From IMG/VR virus record IMGVR_UViG_3300022934_002389, positions 1 through 64,000 of that record: DNA of 64,000 nucleotides. The stretch is one strand, 5' to 3'. The notes under the pieces were generated by a model. It was not told where the DNA came from. It worked only from the letters and a program-made list of their open reading frames with translations, and searched no databases. Position 1 is the stretch's first letter. Every line of letters begins with the position of its first letter. Of the stretch, positions 1-10,089 are shown one piece after another. Both the position numbers and the translations under genes were made by a program. Origin of the DNA: an uncultured virus (IMG/VR IMGVR_UViG_3300022934_002389). Lineage: Duplodnaviria; Heunggongvirae; Uroviricota; Caudoviricetes.

Positions 1-3000
1 GATTAGAACCATCGTTAGACATATTGAAAAACCGTTTAGTACCTAGTGTAGAATTTACAGATCAAATGCTGAATGTTGCATTGTCTAACCCAACAGCACC
101 AGCAGAGTTTGAAACTTGGGCACGTAGCATTGCAGACGATGGGTTTGCATTTGGTAACATTGACAAAAGCACTTCACCACCAACAATTAGAAGTGCAGAT
201 GTTTTGCAGTTTATAAAAATTAGAGAGGGTACTGCTGCACAAGACAACGTTGACCGTTGGAAAGATATTATTTTACCTAGTTTATTAGAACAGTCTTGGT
301 ACAATGATACCTTTACTTTAGGTCATAGCGGTAGCGGTATTGAAAAACAAGGTACAGTTTATCTATACAAACAAGATGCTGATACAGGATTGTACGAAGT
401 TGAACATATTATTTGCTCACCGTTTCCAAAGGCAAACGAACAATTTGGTACAAAGGTACAATTAAGGAAAGCAGCAAACGGTTCTCTTAAAATGTTTGTT
501 GGTGCTCCTGGTGCAGACGGAACTGATGTTGGTAGAATTTACATGCTAGATAACGAAGGCGGTGAATGGAAATATAGTGCTGACAGAAGTTATAAAGGTG
601 TGTACAATGATCTATTCAAATACAATGAAAATGATTTAACGTTCTATAACGGTGCATTGTATAAAGCTGTAACTAACATTGCACCTGGTACAAGTTTACC
701 TTCTGATGCTCCTAATTTATGGATTGAACAAACAGATGTAAACACAGAATATACAGGATACGTGCCTAGACAAAACTTTATTGCAAGTGAAAACGAAGGA
801 GATGTTACTAACCAAAGTATTAACATTGGTAAAGTTTTTGATACAAACAAATTAGGCGATGTACTGGCATTTAGTGCAAAATCTGGCAATGACGAACTTG
901 TTAGTATCTATACTAATGTTTTTGCTAGATGGAGGCTAAGTCAAAGTATTGTAAATCAAGAAGGTATTGATTATAGTGTTGCTGTAAATGATACAGGAGA
1001 TACAATAGGTATTGGAGCTCCATTATATAACACTGAAGAAATTACAGATGCAGGTAGTGTAAAATTATACACTCAAAACTCAACAGGCGATACTTGGGAA
1101 TTAACTCAAACTCTTACAAGTCCATACAAAGAAAAAAACGAAGCATGGGGACTTGCAATTGATTTTTCTGCAGATAAACTATTAGTTGTAGGCAAGAATA
1201 CTGACACACGTACTACTACAACATTTGACAGATATGTTGAATATAAAAAGTATGCAATAGGAAAAAATGAATTTAAAAATACAATTTACAGTAGATATGT
1301 AAATGATAACACAGGTACACAAAATACAGAAAAAACTACATTTGACGGCGGCAGGACTACCTTTGTAACAAAAGAAATTGATTCGGGAAGATTAGGTATC
1401 TACGAAAAGTTAGGTGATAAGTTTATATTTGGTGAAGATCTACCTTACTCAAGAAAAACAATAGCCAATGATTTAAGTAATATTAAATTACAAGACAACA
1501 ATGTATATGTTGGATTACCTATGATTAATCCATCTGAATTTACAGATTCATCTCGTTTAGAAAATGAAGATTCTACTGCCGGTATGTTTGTAAACTTTAG
1601 AGCAGATAAGAATAAGAATAGTTGGAAAGTAATTACATCAGAAACTGGTCAAGTTGATCTAAATAAAATTGGTAGAGTATTTTTATACAGTCAAGCAACA
1701 AATGATATTATAACTAATTTAGATGTAATTGATCCTAGACAGGGAAAAATTGCAGGTGTTGCTGATCAAGAAATAAATTATAAAACACCTTATGATCCTG
1801 CAATTTATAGCAATGGTGGTGCAAAAGTTATTGTTGATCAAGCAGCAAATTGGTGTGAAGAACACGTAGGGGAAATTTGGTGGAATATTGATACAGTAAG
1901 TTGGTTTAATCCATACCAAGGTCCAATACAATATAGATCTGCAAATTGGCACAAGCAAACACAAACAAGTCTTGTTACTGTGCTAGAATGGGTAGAAAGC
2001 ACGGTTCCTCCACAAGAATATATTTCACTTGCTGACACTACACAAGGATATGCACAAGGTATAAGCGGCACACCTTACTATGATGCAAACACATATAGTG
2101 TAAAAAGCAAAGTTGATTCTGTAAGCGGTCAAGCAAAACTTTACTATTACTTCTGGGTACAAAATAAACAAACTATACCTAATATTCCTAATAGAGCATT
2201 AAGTGTATTTGAAATAGCAAAATTAATTGAAGATCCATCTAGATATGGATATAGATACATTCAGTTACTTGATGACAATAAATTTAGTTTGCATAATGTA
2301 AAATCATTTATTAATGACAAAGACACTATTTTACACTTTACATTAATTGATGATGCAGAGCAAAAAACACCAATTCATAATGAATATCAATTAATGAGTT
2401 CAGGGTTAGCAACAAGCAAACCAAACGATGAAATAGAATCTAAATGGATTGATAGTTTAGTAGGTTATGATCTAAATAATGCAACAGTTCCTGATCCAAA
2501 TCTATCTCCTAAAATGAAGTACGGCATATTAAACTATCCAAGACAGGGTATGTTTATCAACAGAATTGAAGCATTAAAACAAGTTGTTGAAAGAGTCAAC
2601 ACGGTATTTGCTAAAACACAAATTGTAGATAATTATGATATTAGTTTGCTACAGCAAAATGATCCTGTACCAAATGTTTCTGAAAACCTATACGACACAA
2701 CAGTTGAAACAACTGATTTATTAAGATTTGTGGGTACTGCAAAAGTACAAACAGCTGAGTTTACACCAGTAATTGAAAACAGTAAAATTGTTTCAGTTAC
2801 AATTACTAATCCGGGACGTGGATATGTTTATCCGCCTACTGTTAGAATAGAAGATACCTATGGCAAGGGTGCTGTTATCAATACCACAATAAACAACTTA
2901 GGACAAGTTACAGGAGCAACTGTAAGAAAGCAAGGTAAAAATTACAGTAATGCAACAACAATAACTGCAAGACCATTTAGTGTTCTTGTAAATTCTGATA

Positions 3001-6000
3001 GTGATATTGGAGGTAGATGGGCAATCTATACATATGATGCAACATCAAGTGAATGGGATAGATTAAGGTCTCAGTCATATGTAACTACAGGTTATTGGAA
3101 TTATGCTGATTGGTATGCAACAGGATATAATTCACAAACACCAATTGATCAAACAGTTGATTTGGCATATGAATTATTTAGACTAGAAAACAATATTGGC
3201 GACATTGTAAAAATTAAAGAAGTTGGCACAGGCGGCTGGCTATTGTTGAAAAAAATTGATGACCAGTTAATTGAGGATTACACAATTAATTACGAAACTA
3301 TTGGTCGCCAAAACGGCACTATTAAATTAAGTAACAAACTTTATAATTTCTTAGAAGCTGCTGGCGGTTTTGATACTGAAATATACGATACATCATTCTA
3401 TGATAGAGAACCTATCCAAGAACTTAGAAATATTTTAAGTGCATTAAAAAATGACATCTATATAAATGATTTAGCAGTAGAGTGGAATAACTTATTCTTT
3501 GCAAGTTTAAAATATGCAATGAGCGAACAAACTGACTTAGACTGGGCGTTTAAATCTAGTTTCATTAGAGTAAAACACGTACTTGGCGATTTTGAACAAA
3601 AATTGTCTTACCAAAATGACAACTTAGAAAATTATGAAGACTACGTAAAAGAAGTTAAGCCATATCATAGTAAGATAAGAGAGTACATTAGTTCTTATGA
3701 TCATGTTGAACCTACAAACAGTTTAACAACTGACTTTGATGTACCTCCTAGTTATAGTACTTCAAAAGAAATCGAAACAATTGCTGCAAAATATGATAAT
3801 GGTAATGTTACAGATATTATTGAAAAGTATCAGCAATATCCTTACAAAAGTTGGGTAGACAATAACGGATATGACATCATTCAAATAGAAGTTACTAACG
3901 GAGGATCAAACTATAAAGAAACTCCTCCTGTGACTATTTTAGGAGATAGCGGAGCAACAGCAAAAGCATATTTGTCTAAAGGTAGTGTTAGCAAAATTGA
4001 AATTGTCAATATAGGTAGTAAAGTTTATGAAGCACCATTAGTAGTAATTGACGAACCAAGTCCTGGAGGAATACAGGCTAAAGCAACTGCTATTATTGGA
4101 AACCCATTAGTGCGTTCTACACACATGGTAATGAAGTTTGATAGAACAACAGGCACATACTTGATGACAAATGTAGACGAATCTGAAACGTTTACTGGCA
4201 CAGGTTCTACTACTAAGTTTTCTTTAAAATGGCCAATTAATAGAAATACAAATACGTATGAAGTAACTGTAGATGGATTACCAATTTTAAAAGGTGAATA
4301 TTCTGTAGACAATGAAAACGACACATCAAAAGGTTATGACAGAGAATTAGGGTATATTACATTTGAAGAAGCACCTGCGACAGGAGCAACAATTGTAATT
4401 ACATATAAGCGTAATCTAAACATGCTTACAGCAGCAGATAGAATTTATCATGCTTATAACCCAACCGCAGGCATGCCTGGCAAGGACCTATCACAACTAA
4501 TGGACGGTGTTGATTATGATGGCGCTGTATATGATGGTATTAGTTTTGGTACTGAACAAGGTTTTGATATCGGCGGTTTTGCAGAATACAGATTTGATAC
4601 CATTGCAAATACAACAGATGATGAAATTTTTGTTTTAGATGGTAGCACAACAACATTTACACTAAGCACTCCGTTAGAAGACGGTGTGCAATACAACGTA
4701 TATTGGAAGTCGATAAATGCAAAATTAAATGATGATCCAATAAGACTAGATGATCCTGACTATGATGGAATAACAGTATTAGATAACAAATATGCACTAA
4801 TGTTGCCATTATCAGGTGATGGTGTTACTGATACTGTAAATATCGATTGGACAAAATGGAAAACTGTAGAAGACAGAGATTTTCTTGTTGCAGGTGACAC
4901 AGTAATAATTAGAAAATCAACAAGTGACGGAAGTTTTGAACTTGCAGGAAGCACATATGACGTTGATTTATCAGGTGGTGATATTGACTATGGAGATGCA
5001 CTGGGCGTAAGTCCTAGCGATATTGTTGTAGATGGTGATGGATTTGTAACTCCAACAACTTCAAAAGGACCTGAGGAACTTGTACCAGGACAATTATTAG
5101 ATACACTAGACATTTCAGTATATCATAGAACAACAGACGGTACAGGAATGATTGGTTCAATAAATTATATTATTGATGAATCAACTTCAGTTTATGTGTT
5201 GCCTAGTGTTCCACATAGCAATGATGCTATTATTGTAAAACTAGATAATGAAACTATTGATAATGATAGATATGAAGTTGACTGGGATACACAAACACTT
5301 ACATTTACTGATAGCACAGTGCCTTACGGAACACATTTAAACATTACAACCATTGGTACAAATGGTGCAGAAATGCTTGATACTGATTATGTAAAATTTG
5401 ATGGCAGTACATATTCATACATTACAGCAGCAAAATGGTCAGATGCATTAACAGCATTTGTAACAATTAATGGCGTTGTTCAACAGCAAGGCGTAAACTT
5501 TACTGTAGAACGTAGCACTTCATCAGATGTATTTGAAAATAGAGTAAAACTTACATTTGAAGATGGAACAATGCAACCAGATGATTATATTCAATGGAGC
5601 ATTTATGCAAGTAATCTAAAAACATATAGTCAAGTGTTAATCGATAACACATTTGAACCAGATGGACAAAATGATTATTATCAGTTTACAACAACTGAAT
5701 TTCCTATTCCTTTCAATAGAAAGCCATTAGGACATCAAATATTAGTATTCCAAAACAAAAGATTGTTACAACCAGGATATAGTATCAAACATACTGCAAC
5801 AAATTCAGTAACCTATGAAATAGAAAAATGGCAGTTCAATGATCCTACACTAATTGAAAGTGAAAACATTTTAGTTTTTGTTAATGATAGACAACTTACA
5901 AAAAATGAATTTACTTATGATACAGTAAATGCTAGAGTGTTCTTAAGTAGAAGAGATATCTTTGAAGAAGGTGATACTATTGGTATCTATGTTATTCAGT

Positions 6001-7385
6001 ATGCAGATTACTATTTTGTTGATACAAAACTTACATGTGTACTAGATGATAGTACTGCACCTGCGTTAGACACATACTTAGAAGTAGGTAATGAACTTGT
6101 TATAGAATCAATTGGTGATAGCACAACTTATACAAGTACAATTGTTGCAGTAGAGGAAAACACTGTAACAATTAGAAGCAAACGTGATGATATATTTGCA
6201 AGTTGGGTTGCAGGTAATGATTTTGTAATTAGTGTAAATGATGGCGATAGTACACCATTGCAAATGAGTGATATCGAATACGTTTCAAGCGATTCAATGA
6301 CATTTGCAACAGCACCTAGCAGCGGTGCTAACATCGAAGTTTACCAATTTAGTAATCATGATATTAATAATTTTGAAAGACAGCAATACGATGTATTAGC
6401 AACAACAACTGTAAGTGCAGGTACAGATGCGTACTTCAAACGCAACCTACTATCACAAGGGTTTGTTAATTTAAGAAGTAATATTCAAAACGTACAATAT
6501 GTTTGGGTTGCAAAAAATGGCGAACTACTAAGTCCAAACGCAGATTATACGTTAAATGCAAAATACAATGCAGTAAGTTTGAATTTGCCTGTTTTAGATG
6601 GCGATAGAATTGATGTGTTAGAATTTGGTAATGATCCAGCAACACCTAGATTTGGATATAGAATATTTAGAGATATTCTAGGTAGAACACATTACAAACG
6701 ATTAAATGAAGAAAATGCGTTCTCACTTAAAGATCCTTTGAACTATTACGATACACGTATTGTACTCGAAGGCGGCGCAGATAATTTATATAGACCATCC
6801 AAAGGATCGACACTACCTGGAGTAGTATGGATTGACGGCGAACGTATTGAATATTATGATATTAAGGGAACTACATTGTTGCAATTACGTAGAGGTACGT
6901 TAGGTACTGGTGTAATTGAGTATTGTGCAGCAGGTACAAGAGTGTTAGGTCAAGGCCCTAATGAAACTATTGAGTATTCAGATACAACATATGAACAAGA
7001 AATTATTGCAGACGGTAGTTCTAGTGCAACTGAATATACACTAAACTTTACACCGTCATCAGTTAATGAAATTGATGTATTCTTAGGAGGCAAGCGTTTG
7101 CGTAAAACAGGTATGCAAATGTTTAATTGGCAAACTAATCAAGACAGCACAGAAGCAGACTATACTCTTGATGCAGAGTATAGAGTAAGCGGTTCAAATA
7201 TATACATTGAACCAAGAAATCCTTTAACAAATGACATTATTCCACCGTCGGACTTTGAAGGACAAAAAATTAAAATCGTTAGAAAAACAGGAAAAGTATG
7301 GAATGATACAGGTAAATCGTTGGCAAATAGCGATAATAAAATTGCAAAATTTATTAGAGCAGCCACAATCCGTTTGCCTAAATAA
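1..7385 (+). CDS. Giant virion structural protein (baseplate wedge/tail-associated-like), 5'-truncated by window
   Basis: Frame is open from base 3 (LEPSLDILKN...), so the true start lies upstream. >2450 aa with FG-GAP/beta-propeller-like stretches (VGAPG, IGAPL), repeated 'ITNPGRGY..PP.V.I....G.GA' motifs typical of large myophage structural proteins, and a 'YVKEVKPYHSKIREY' motif. Lies next to fibre genes. Confidence 0.75.
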   Translation, partial: LEPSLDILKNRLVPSVEFTDQMLNVALSNPTAPAEFETWARSIADDGFAFGNIDKSTSPPTIRSADVLQFIKIREGTAAQDNVDRWKDIILPSLLEQSWYNDTFTLGHSGSGIEKQGTVYLYKQDADTGLYEVEHIICSPFPKANEQFGTKVQLRKAANGSLKMFVGAPGADGTDVGRIYMLDNEGGEWKYSADRSYKGVYNDLFKYNENDLTFYNGALYKAVTNIAPGTSLPSDAPNLWIEQTDVNTEYTGYVPRQNFIASENEGDVTNQSINIGKVFDTNKLGDVLAFSAKSGNDELVSIYTNVFARWRLSQSIVNQEGIDYSVAVNDTGDTIGIGAPLYNTEEITDAGSVKLYTQNSTGDTWELTQTLTSPYKEKNEAWGLAIDFSADKLLVVGKNTDTRTTTTFDRYVEYKKYAIGKNEFKNTIYSRYVNDNTGTQNTEKTTFDGGRTTFVTKEIDSGRLGIYEKLGDKFIFGEDLPYSRKTIANDLSNIKLQDNNVYVGLPMINPSEFTDSSRLENEDSTAGMFVNFRADKNKNSWKVITSETGQVDLNKIGRVFLYSQATNDIITNLDVIDPRQGKIAGVADQEINYKTPYDPAIYSNGGAKVIVDQAANWCEEHVGEIWWNIDTVSWFNPYQGPIQYRSANWHKQTQTSLVTVLEWVESTVPPQEYISLADTTQGYAQGISGTPYYDANTYSVKSKVDSVSGQAKLYYYFWVQNKQTIPNIPNRALSVFEIAKLIEDPSRYGYRYIQLLDDNKFSLHNVKSFINDKDTILHFTLIDDAEQKTPIHNEYQLMSSGLATSKPNDEIESKWIDSLVGYDLNNATVPDPNLSPKMKYGILNYPRQGMFINRIEALKQVVERVNTVFAKTQIVDNYDISLLQQNDPVPNVSENLYDTTVETTDLLRFVGTAKVQTAEFTPVIENSKIVSVTITNPGRGYVYPPTVRIEDTYGKGAVINTTINNLGQVTGATVRKQGKNYSNATTITARPFSVLVNSDSDIGGRWAIYTYDATSSEWDRLRSQSYVTTGYWNYADWYATGYNSQTPIDQTVDLAYELFRLENNIGDIVKIKEVGTGGWLLLKKIDDQLIEDYTINYETIGRQNGTIKLSNKLYNFLEAAGGFDTEIYDTSFYDREPIQELRNILSALKNDIYINDLAVEWNNLFFASLKYAMSEQTDLDWAFKSSFIRVKHVLGDFEQKLSYQNDNLENYEDYVKEVKPYHSKIREYISSYDHVEPTNSLTTDFDVPPSYSTSKEIETIAAKYDNGNVTDIIEKYQQYPYKSWVDNNGYDIIQIEVTNGGSNYKETPPVTILGDSGATAKAYLSKGSVSKIEIVNIGSKVYEAPLVVIDEPSPGGIQAKATAIIGNPLVRSTHMVMKFDRTTGTYLMTNVDESETFTGTGSTTKFSLKWPINRNTNTYEVTVDGLPILKGEYSVDNENDTSKGYDRELGYITFEEAPATGATIVITYKRNLNMLTAADRIYHAYNPTAGMPGKDLSQLMDGVDYDGAVYDGISFGTEQGFDIGGFAEYRFDTIANTTDDEIFVLDGSTTTFTLSTPLEDGVQYNVYWKSINAKLNDDPIRLDDPDYDGITVLDNKYALMLPLSGDGVTDTVNIDWTKWKTVEDRDFLVAGDTVIIRKSTSDGSFELAGSTYDVDLSGGDIDYGDALGVSPSDIVVDGDGFVTPTTSKGPEELVPGQLLDTLDISVYHRTTDGTGMIGSINYIIDESTSVYVLPSVPHSNDAIIVKLDNETIDNDRYEVDWDTQTLTFTDSTVPYGTHLNITTIGTNGAEMLDTDYVKFDGSTYSYITAAKWSDALTAFVTINGVVQQQGVNFTVERSTSSDVFENRVKLTFEDGTMQPDDYIQWSIYASNLKTYSQVLIDNTFEPDGQNDYYQFTTTEFPIPFNRKPLGHQILVFQNKRLLQPGYSIKHTATNSVTYEIEKWQFNDPTLIESENILVFVNDRQLTKNEFTYDTVNARVFLSRRDIFEEGDTIGIYVIQYADYYFVDTKLTCVLDDSTAPALDTYLEVGNELVIESIGDSTTYTSTIVAVEENTVTIRSKRDDIFASWVAGNDFVISVNDGDSTPLQMSDIEYVSSDSMTFATAPSSGANIEVYQFSNHDINNFERQQYDVLATTTVSAGTDAYFKRNLLSQGFVNLRSNIQNVQYVWVAKNGELLSPNADYTLNAKYNAVSLNLPVLDGDRIDVLEFGNDPATPRFGYRIFRDILGRTHYKRLNEENAFSLKDPLNYYDTRIVLEGGADNLYRPSKGSTLPGVVWIDGERIEYYDIKGTTLLQLRRGTLGTGVIEYCAAGTRVLGQGPNETIEYSDTTYEQEIIADGSSSATEYTLNFTPSSVNEIDVFLGGKRLRKTGMQMFNWQTNQDSTEADYTLDAEYRVSGSNIYIEPRNPLTNDIIPPSDFEGQKIKIVRKTGKVWNDTGKSLANSDNKIAKFIRAATIRLPK

Positions 7386-7392
7386 ATACAGT
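7381..7392 (+). promoter_or_regulatory. T4-type late promoter-like box (AATAAATA-CAGT)
   Basis: 7/8 match to TATAAATA, overlapping the upstream stop codon. TAAATACAGT recurs at 11976 and as TAAGTACAGT at 14383. Confidence 0.6.
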
Positions 7393-7402
7393 ATAGGTGA
7401 TT

Positions 7403-8017
7403 ATGATGAATGAAATAAATGAATTAAACGGCATACATGTAGAAGGTCATATTAAGATTTTTGACCCTAAAACTGATGAAGTTTTTATAAACCAACGTAA
7501 TGCTATTCATTACGAAAATATGAGTATTGCATTGGCAGAAAGTTTGTCTAATGCAGGACAAGGGTTCATAAATGAAATGGTATTTGGCAATGGCGGAACA
7601 AGTGTTGATCCAACAGGGATTATTACATATTTGACTCCTAACACAACAGGAACAAATGCAAGTCTTTACAACCAAACCTATACTAAAGTTGTAGATGATC
7701 AAAATGTAAACAACACAGATGCCAGCAGAAACAAAACAGAAATTAGACATGTAAGTGGAACTAATTATACTGATATTTTAGTAAGTTGTTTATTAGATTA
7801 CGGCGAACCAGAAGGACAAGATGCTTTCGATACTGCTAATGATACAGAACAACTATATGTGTTTGACGAACTAGGCTTGCGTAGTTATGCAAGTTCTGGC
7901 ACAGGTCGTTTAATCACACACGTAATTTTCCATCCTGTACAAAAATCTTTGAACAGACTAATTCAAATTGATTATACTGTAAGGGTACAAAGTTTAAGCG
8001 GATTCAACGAGGTGTAA
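7403..8017 (+). CDS. Putative virion/baseplate protein
   Basis: About 204 aa ORF (ATG at 7403 or 7406 after AGGTGA) between the giant structural gene and the fibre genes, with beta-rich composition. Confidence 0.6.
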   Translation: MMNEINELNGIHVEGHIKIFDPKTDEVFINQRNAIHYENMSIALAESLSNAGQGFINEMVFGNGGTSVDPTGIITYLTPNTTGTNASLYNQTYTKVVDDQNVNNTDASRNKTEIRHVSGTNYTDILVSCLLDYGEPEGQDAFDTANDTEQLYVFDELGLRSYASSGTGRLITHVIFHPVQKSLNRLIQIDYTVRVQSLSGFNEV

Positions 8018-8018
8018 C

Positions 8019-10088
8019 ATGAGTGATCAATATGATGTAAGATTTACAGATTTTAGCAACAAGGGCAGTGTTACAGTCGATGCCGATGAAATAAACACAG
8101 AAACAAGTGTTAGTTTTATTGGTCGGAACAAATCAGATTATGGTTTGTCCTTAAATGAAAACTTCTTGCATTTACTTGAAAACTTTGCAAACAATGATTC
8201 TCCATCAAATCCAGTTGAAGGACAACTTTGGTATGACACAACCGCAGGAGTTGATCAATTAAAAATTTATGATGGCACTGGTTGGGTCAGTGCAGGCGGC
8301 ATTAAAAAAGCCAGTTCTGCACCTGACAATAGTGCATCTACTGTAGGAGACCTTTGGGTCGATACTGTTAACCAACAGTTGTTCATTTATACAGGAAGTA
8401 ATTATGTTTTAGTAGGACCGACTTACACACAAGGGTCTGCAACAGGACCACAATTTGTAAGTGTTCTGGGAACTGATAACATAGAATATCCAGTTGTAAT
8501 AAATTATGTAAACAGTGTTCCTATTACAATTTATGCTGAAACAGAATTTACACCCAAAGCAACACTAGCAGGTTTTACCACAATTAAAAAAGGTATGACT
8601 GTAACTAGCAACGGCAAGTATTATGGTGTTTCAGAAAAAGCAGAAAATCTTTTAGTAAGCGGGCAAACATATGCAGGTAGTGAATTTGCAAGATTAAGTG
8701 CTGCTAATACATTTACACAGCCTGTTAGAATTTCAAACAGCAATGGATTAGTTGTCGGAGAAACAGAAACACTTGCTTTTAATATTACAGGTAGTAATTC
8801 ACAGATTGTTAATAAAGCATCGGATGGTGCGATTGATTTTAGAGTCCAGTCTACTCAAACTGCAATTAGAATAAAGTCAGATGGCAATGTAGGCATTGGC
8901 ACACTTGCAGCAGAAGAAAAACTTCAAGTTGAAGGCAATATTAAATTAAGCGGAAAACTATCAATTGGATCTACAAATGATAGTTCAAGCATTAGTGATT
9001 CAAATGCAAGTTTATATACACCAGGCGGCGTAGCAATTAGTAAGTCGTTGAATGTAGGTGGTAGTGCAAATATTGGAGGAAACTTAGAAGTAGGAGATAT
9101 TACTCCACAGGCGCTTGGAAAAAATCTAGGCACTGCTGCTTTGCCTTACAATAATGTTTATGGTAATACATTTAGAGGCAACCTAGTAGGTAATGTTACA
9201 GGTTCACTCACAGGTAGTGTTAGCGGATCAGCAGCAAAATTAAACAGTGCAACAACGTTTAGTATAAGTGGTGATGTTTCTACATTAGCTGACTATAGTT
9301 TTGATGGTACACAAGGTGCAATTGAAATGGTAGTAGAAATTGATCCTGACTTAATTGCAGATAAAACAATTTACACTGATGATGATAAATTAAATGGCAC
9401 AGAAACATTATTAATTTACAAAGAACAAAGAAACGCAAGTGATCCTGATAACAATCTTCCGTTAGGATTATACAAGACAACAGTTGATAGTGTTCTTGCA
9501 ACAATACCACAATTTCAACCAGGTATGATTATGCCATATGGTGCAGGAACCGCACCAACCGGTTGGCTATTGTGTTACGGACAAGAAGTTCTAATAACTG
9601 ATTATCAAGCATTATACGACATTATAGGAACAACATTTGGTACACCTAGCAGCGCACTAAAATTTAAAGTACCTGATTTAAGAGGCAGATTTCCATTGGG
9701 TTATCTTGCTGGTGAGGGTAGAACACTTTCGACAGATGAAGACAGAGTGTATGACGATGCAGCCGCAGATATTTTAGGTGCAGATGGTGGTAGCAATAGA
9801 GACTGGATTACAAAAGATCAACTTCCAGAACACGAGCATACATTGATGGGAGATGCAGGTAATCAATATTATGCTGTAAACAATCTACCTAGCGCAGGTG
9901 ATGGAAATAGTGTTGCTGTTAATACATTAGGGACTAATCCAGGAAGAGGTTTACAAGGAACAGAAGGCGTTGATGGTTTAACAACTACAACAGAAACAAT
10001 AGACGGTACACCACAAGACGTTGGTAACAAGTTTGATACTGTGCCTCCTTTCTTAGCAGTCAATTATATCATTTACACAGGGGCATAA
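8019..10088 (+). CDS. Tail fibre protein with C-terminal phage tail collar domain
   Basis: Collar signature PGMIMPYG..APTGWLLCYGQ...LYDIIGTTFG...FKVPDLRGRF at about 9519-9702, and terminal PPFLAVNYII. N-terminal NENFLHLLENFA..P..GQLWYDT module shared with the next two genes. Confidence 0.85.
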   Translation: MSDQYDVRFTDFSNKGSVTVDADEINTETSVSFIGRNKSDYGLSLNENFLHLLENFANNDSPSNPVEGQLWYDTTAGVDQLKIYDGTGWVSAGGIKKASSAPDNSASTVGDLWVDTVNQQLFIYTGSNYVLVGPTYTQGSATGPQFVSVLGTDNIEYPVVINYVNSVPITIYAETEFTPKATLAGFTTIKKGMTVTSNGKYYGVSEKAENLLVSGQTYAGSEFARLSAANTFTQPVRISNSNGLVVGETETLAFNITGSNSQIVNKASDGAIDFRVQSTQTAIRIKSDGNVGIGTLAAEEKLQVEGNIKLSGKLSIGSTNDSSSISDSNASLYTPGGVAISKSLNVGGSANIGGNLEVGDITPQALGKNLGTAALPYNNVYGNTFRGNLVGNVTGSLTGSVSGSAAKLNSATTFSISGDVSTLADYSFDGTQGAIEMVVEIDPDLIADKTIYTDDDKLNGTETLLIYKEQRNASDPDNNLPLGLYKTTVDSVLATIPQFQPGMIMPYGAGTAPTGWLLCYGQEVLITDYQALYDIIGTTFGTPSSALKFKVPDLRGRFPLGYLAGEGRTLSTDEDRVYDDAAADILGADGGSNRDWITKDQLPEHEHTLMGDAGNQYYAVNNLPSAGDGNSVAVNTLGTNPGRGLQGTEGVDGLTTTTETIDGTPQDVGNKFDTVPPFLAVNYIIYTGA

Positions 10089-10089
10089 C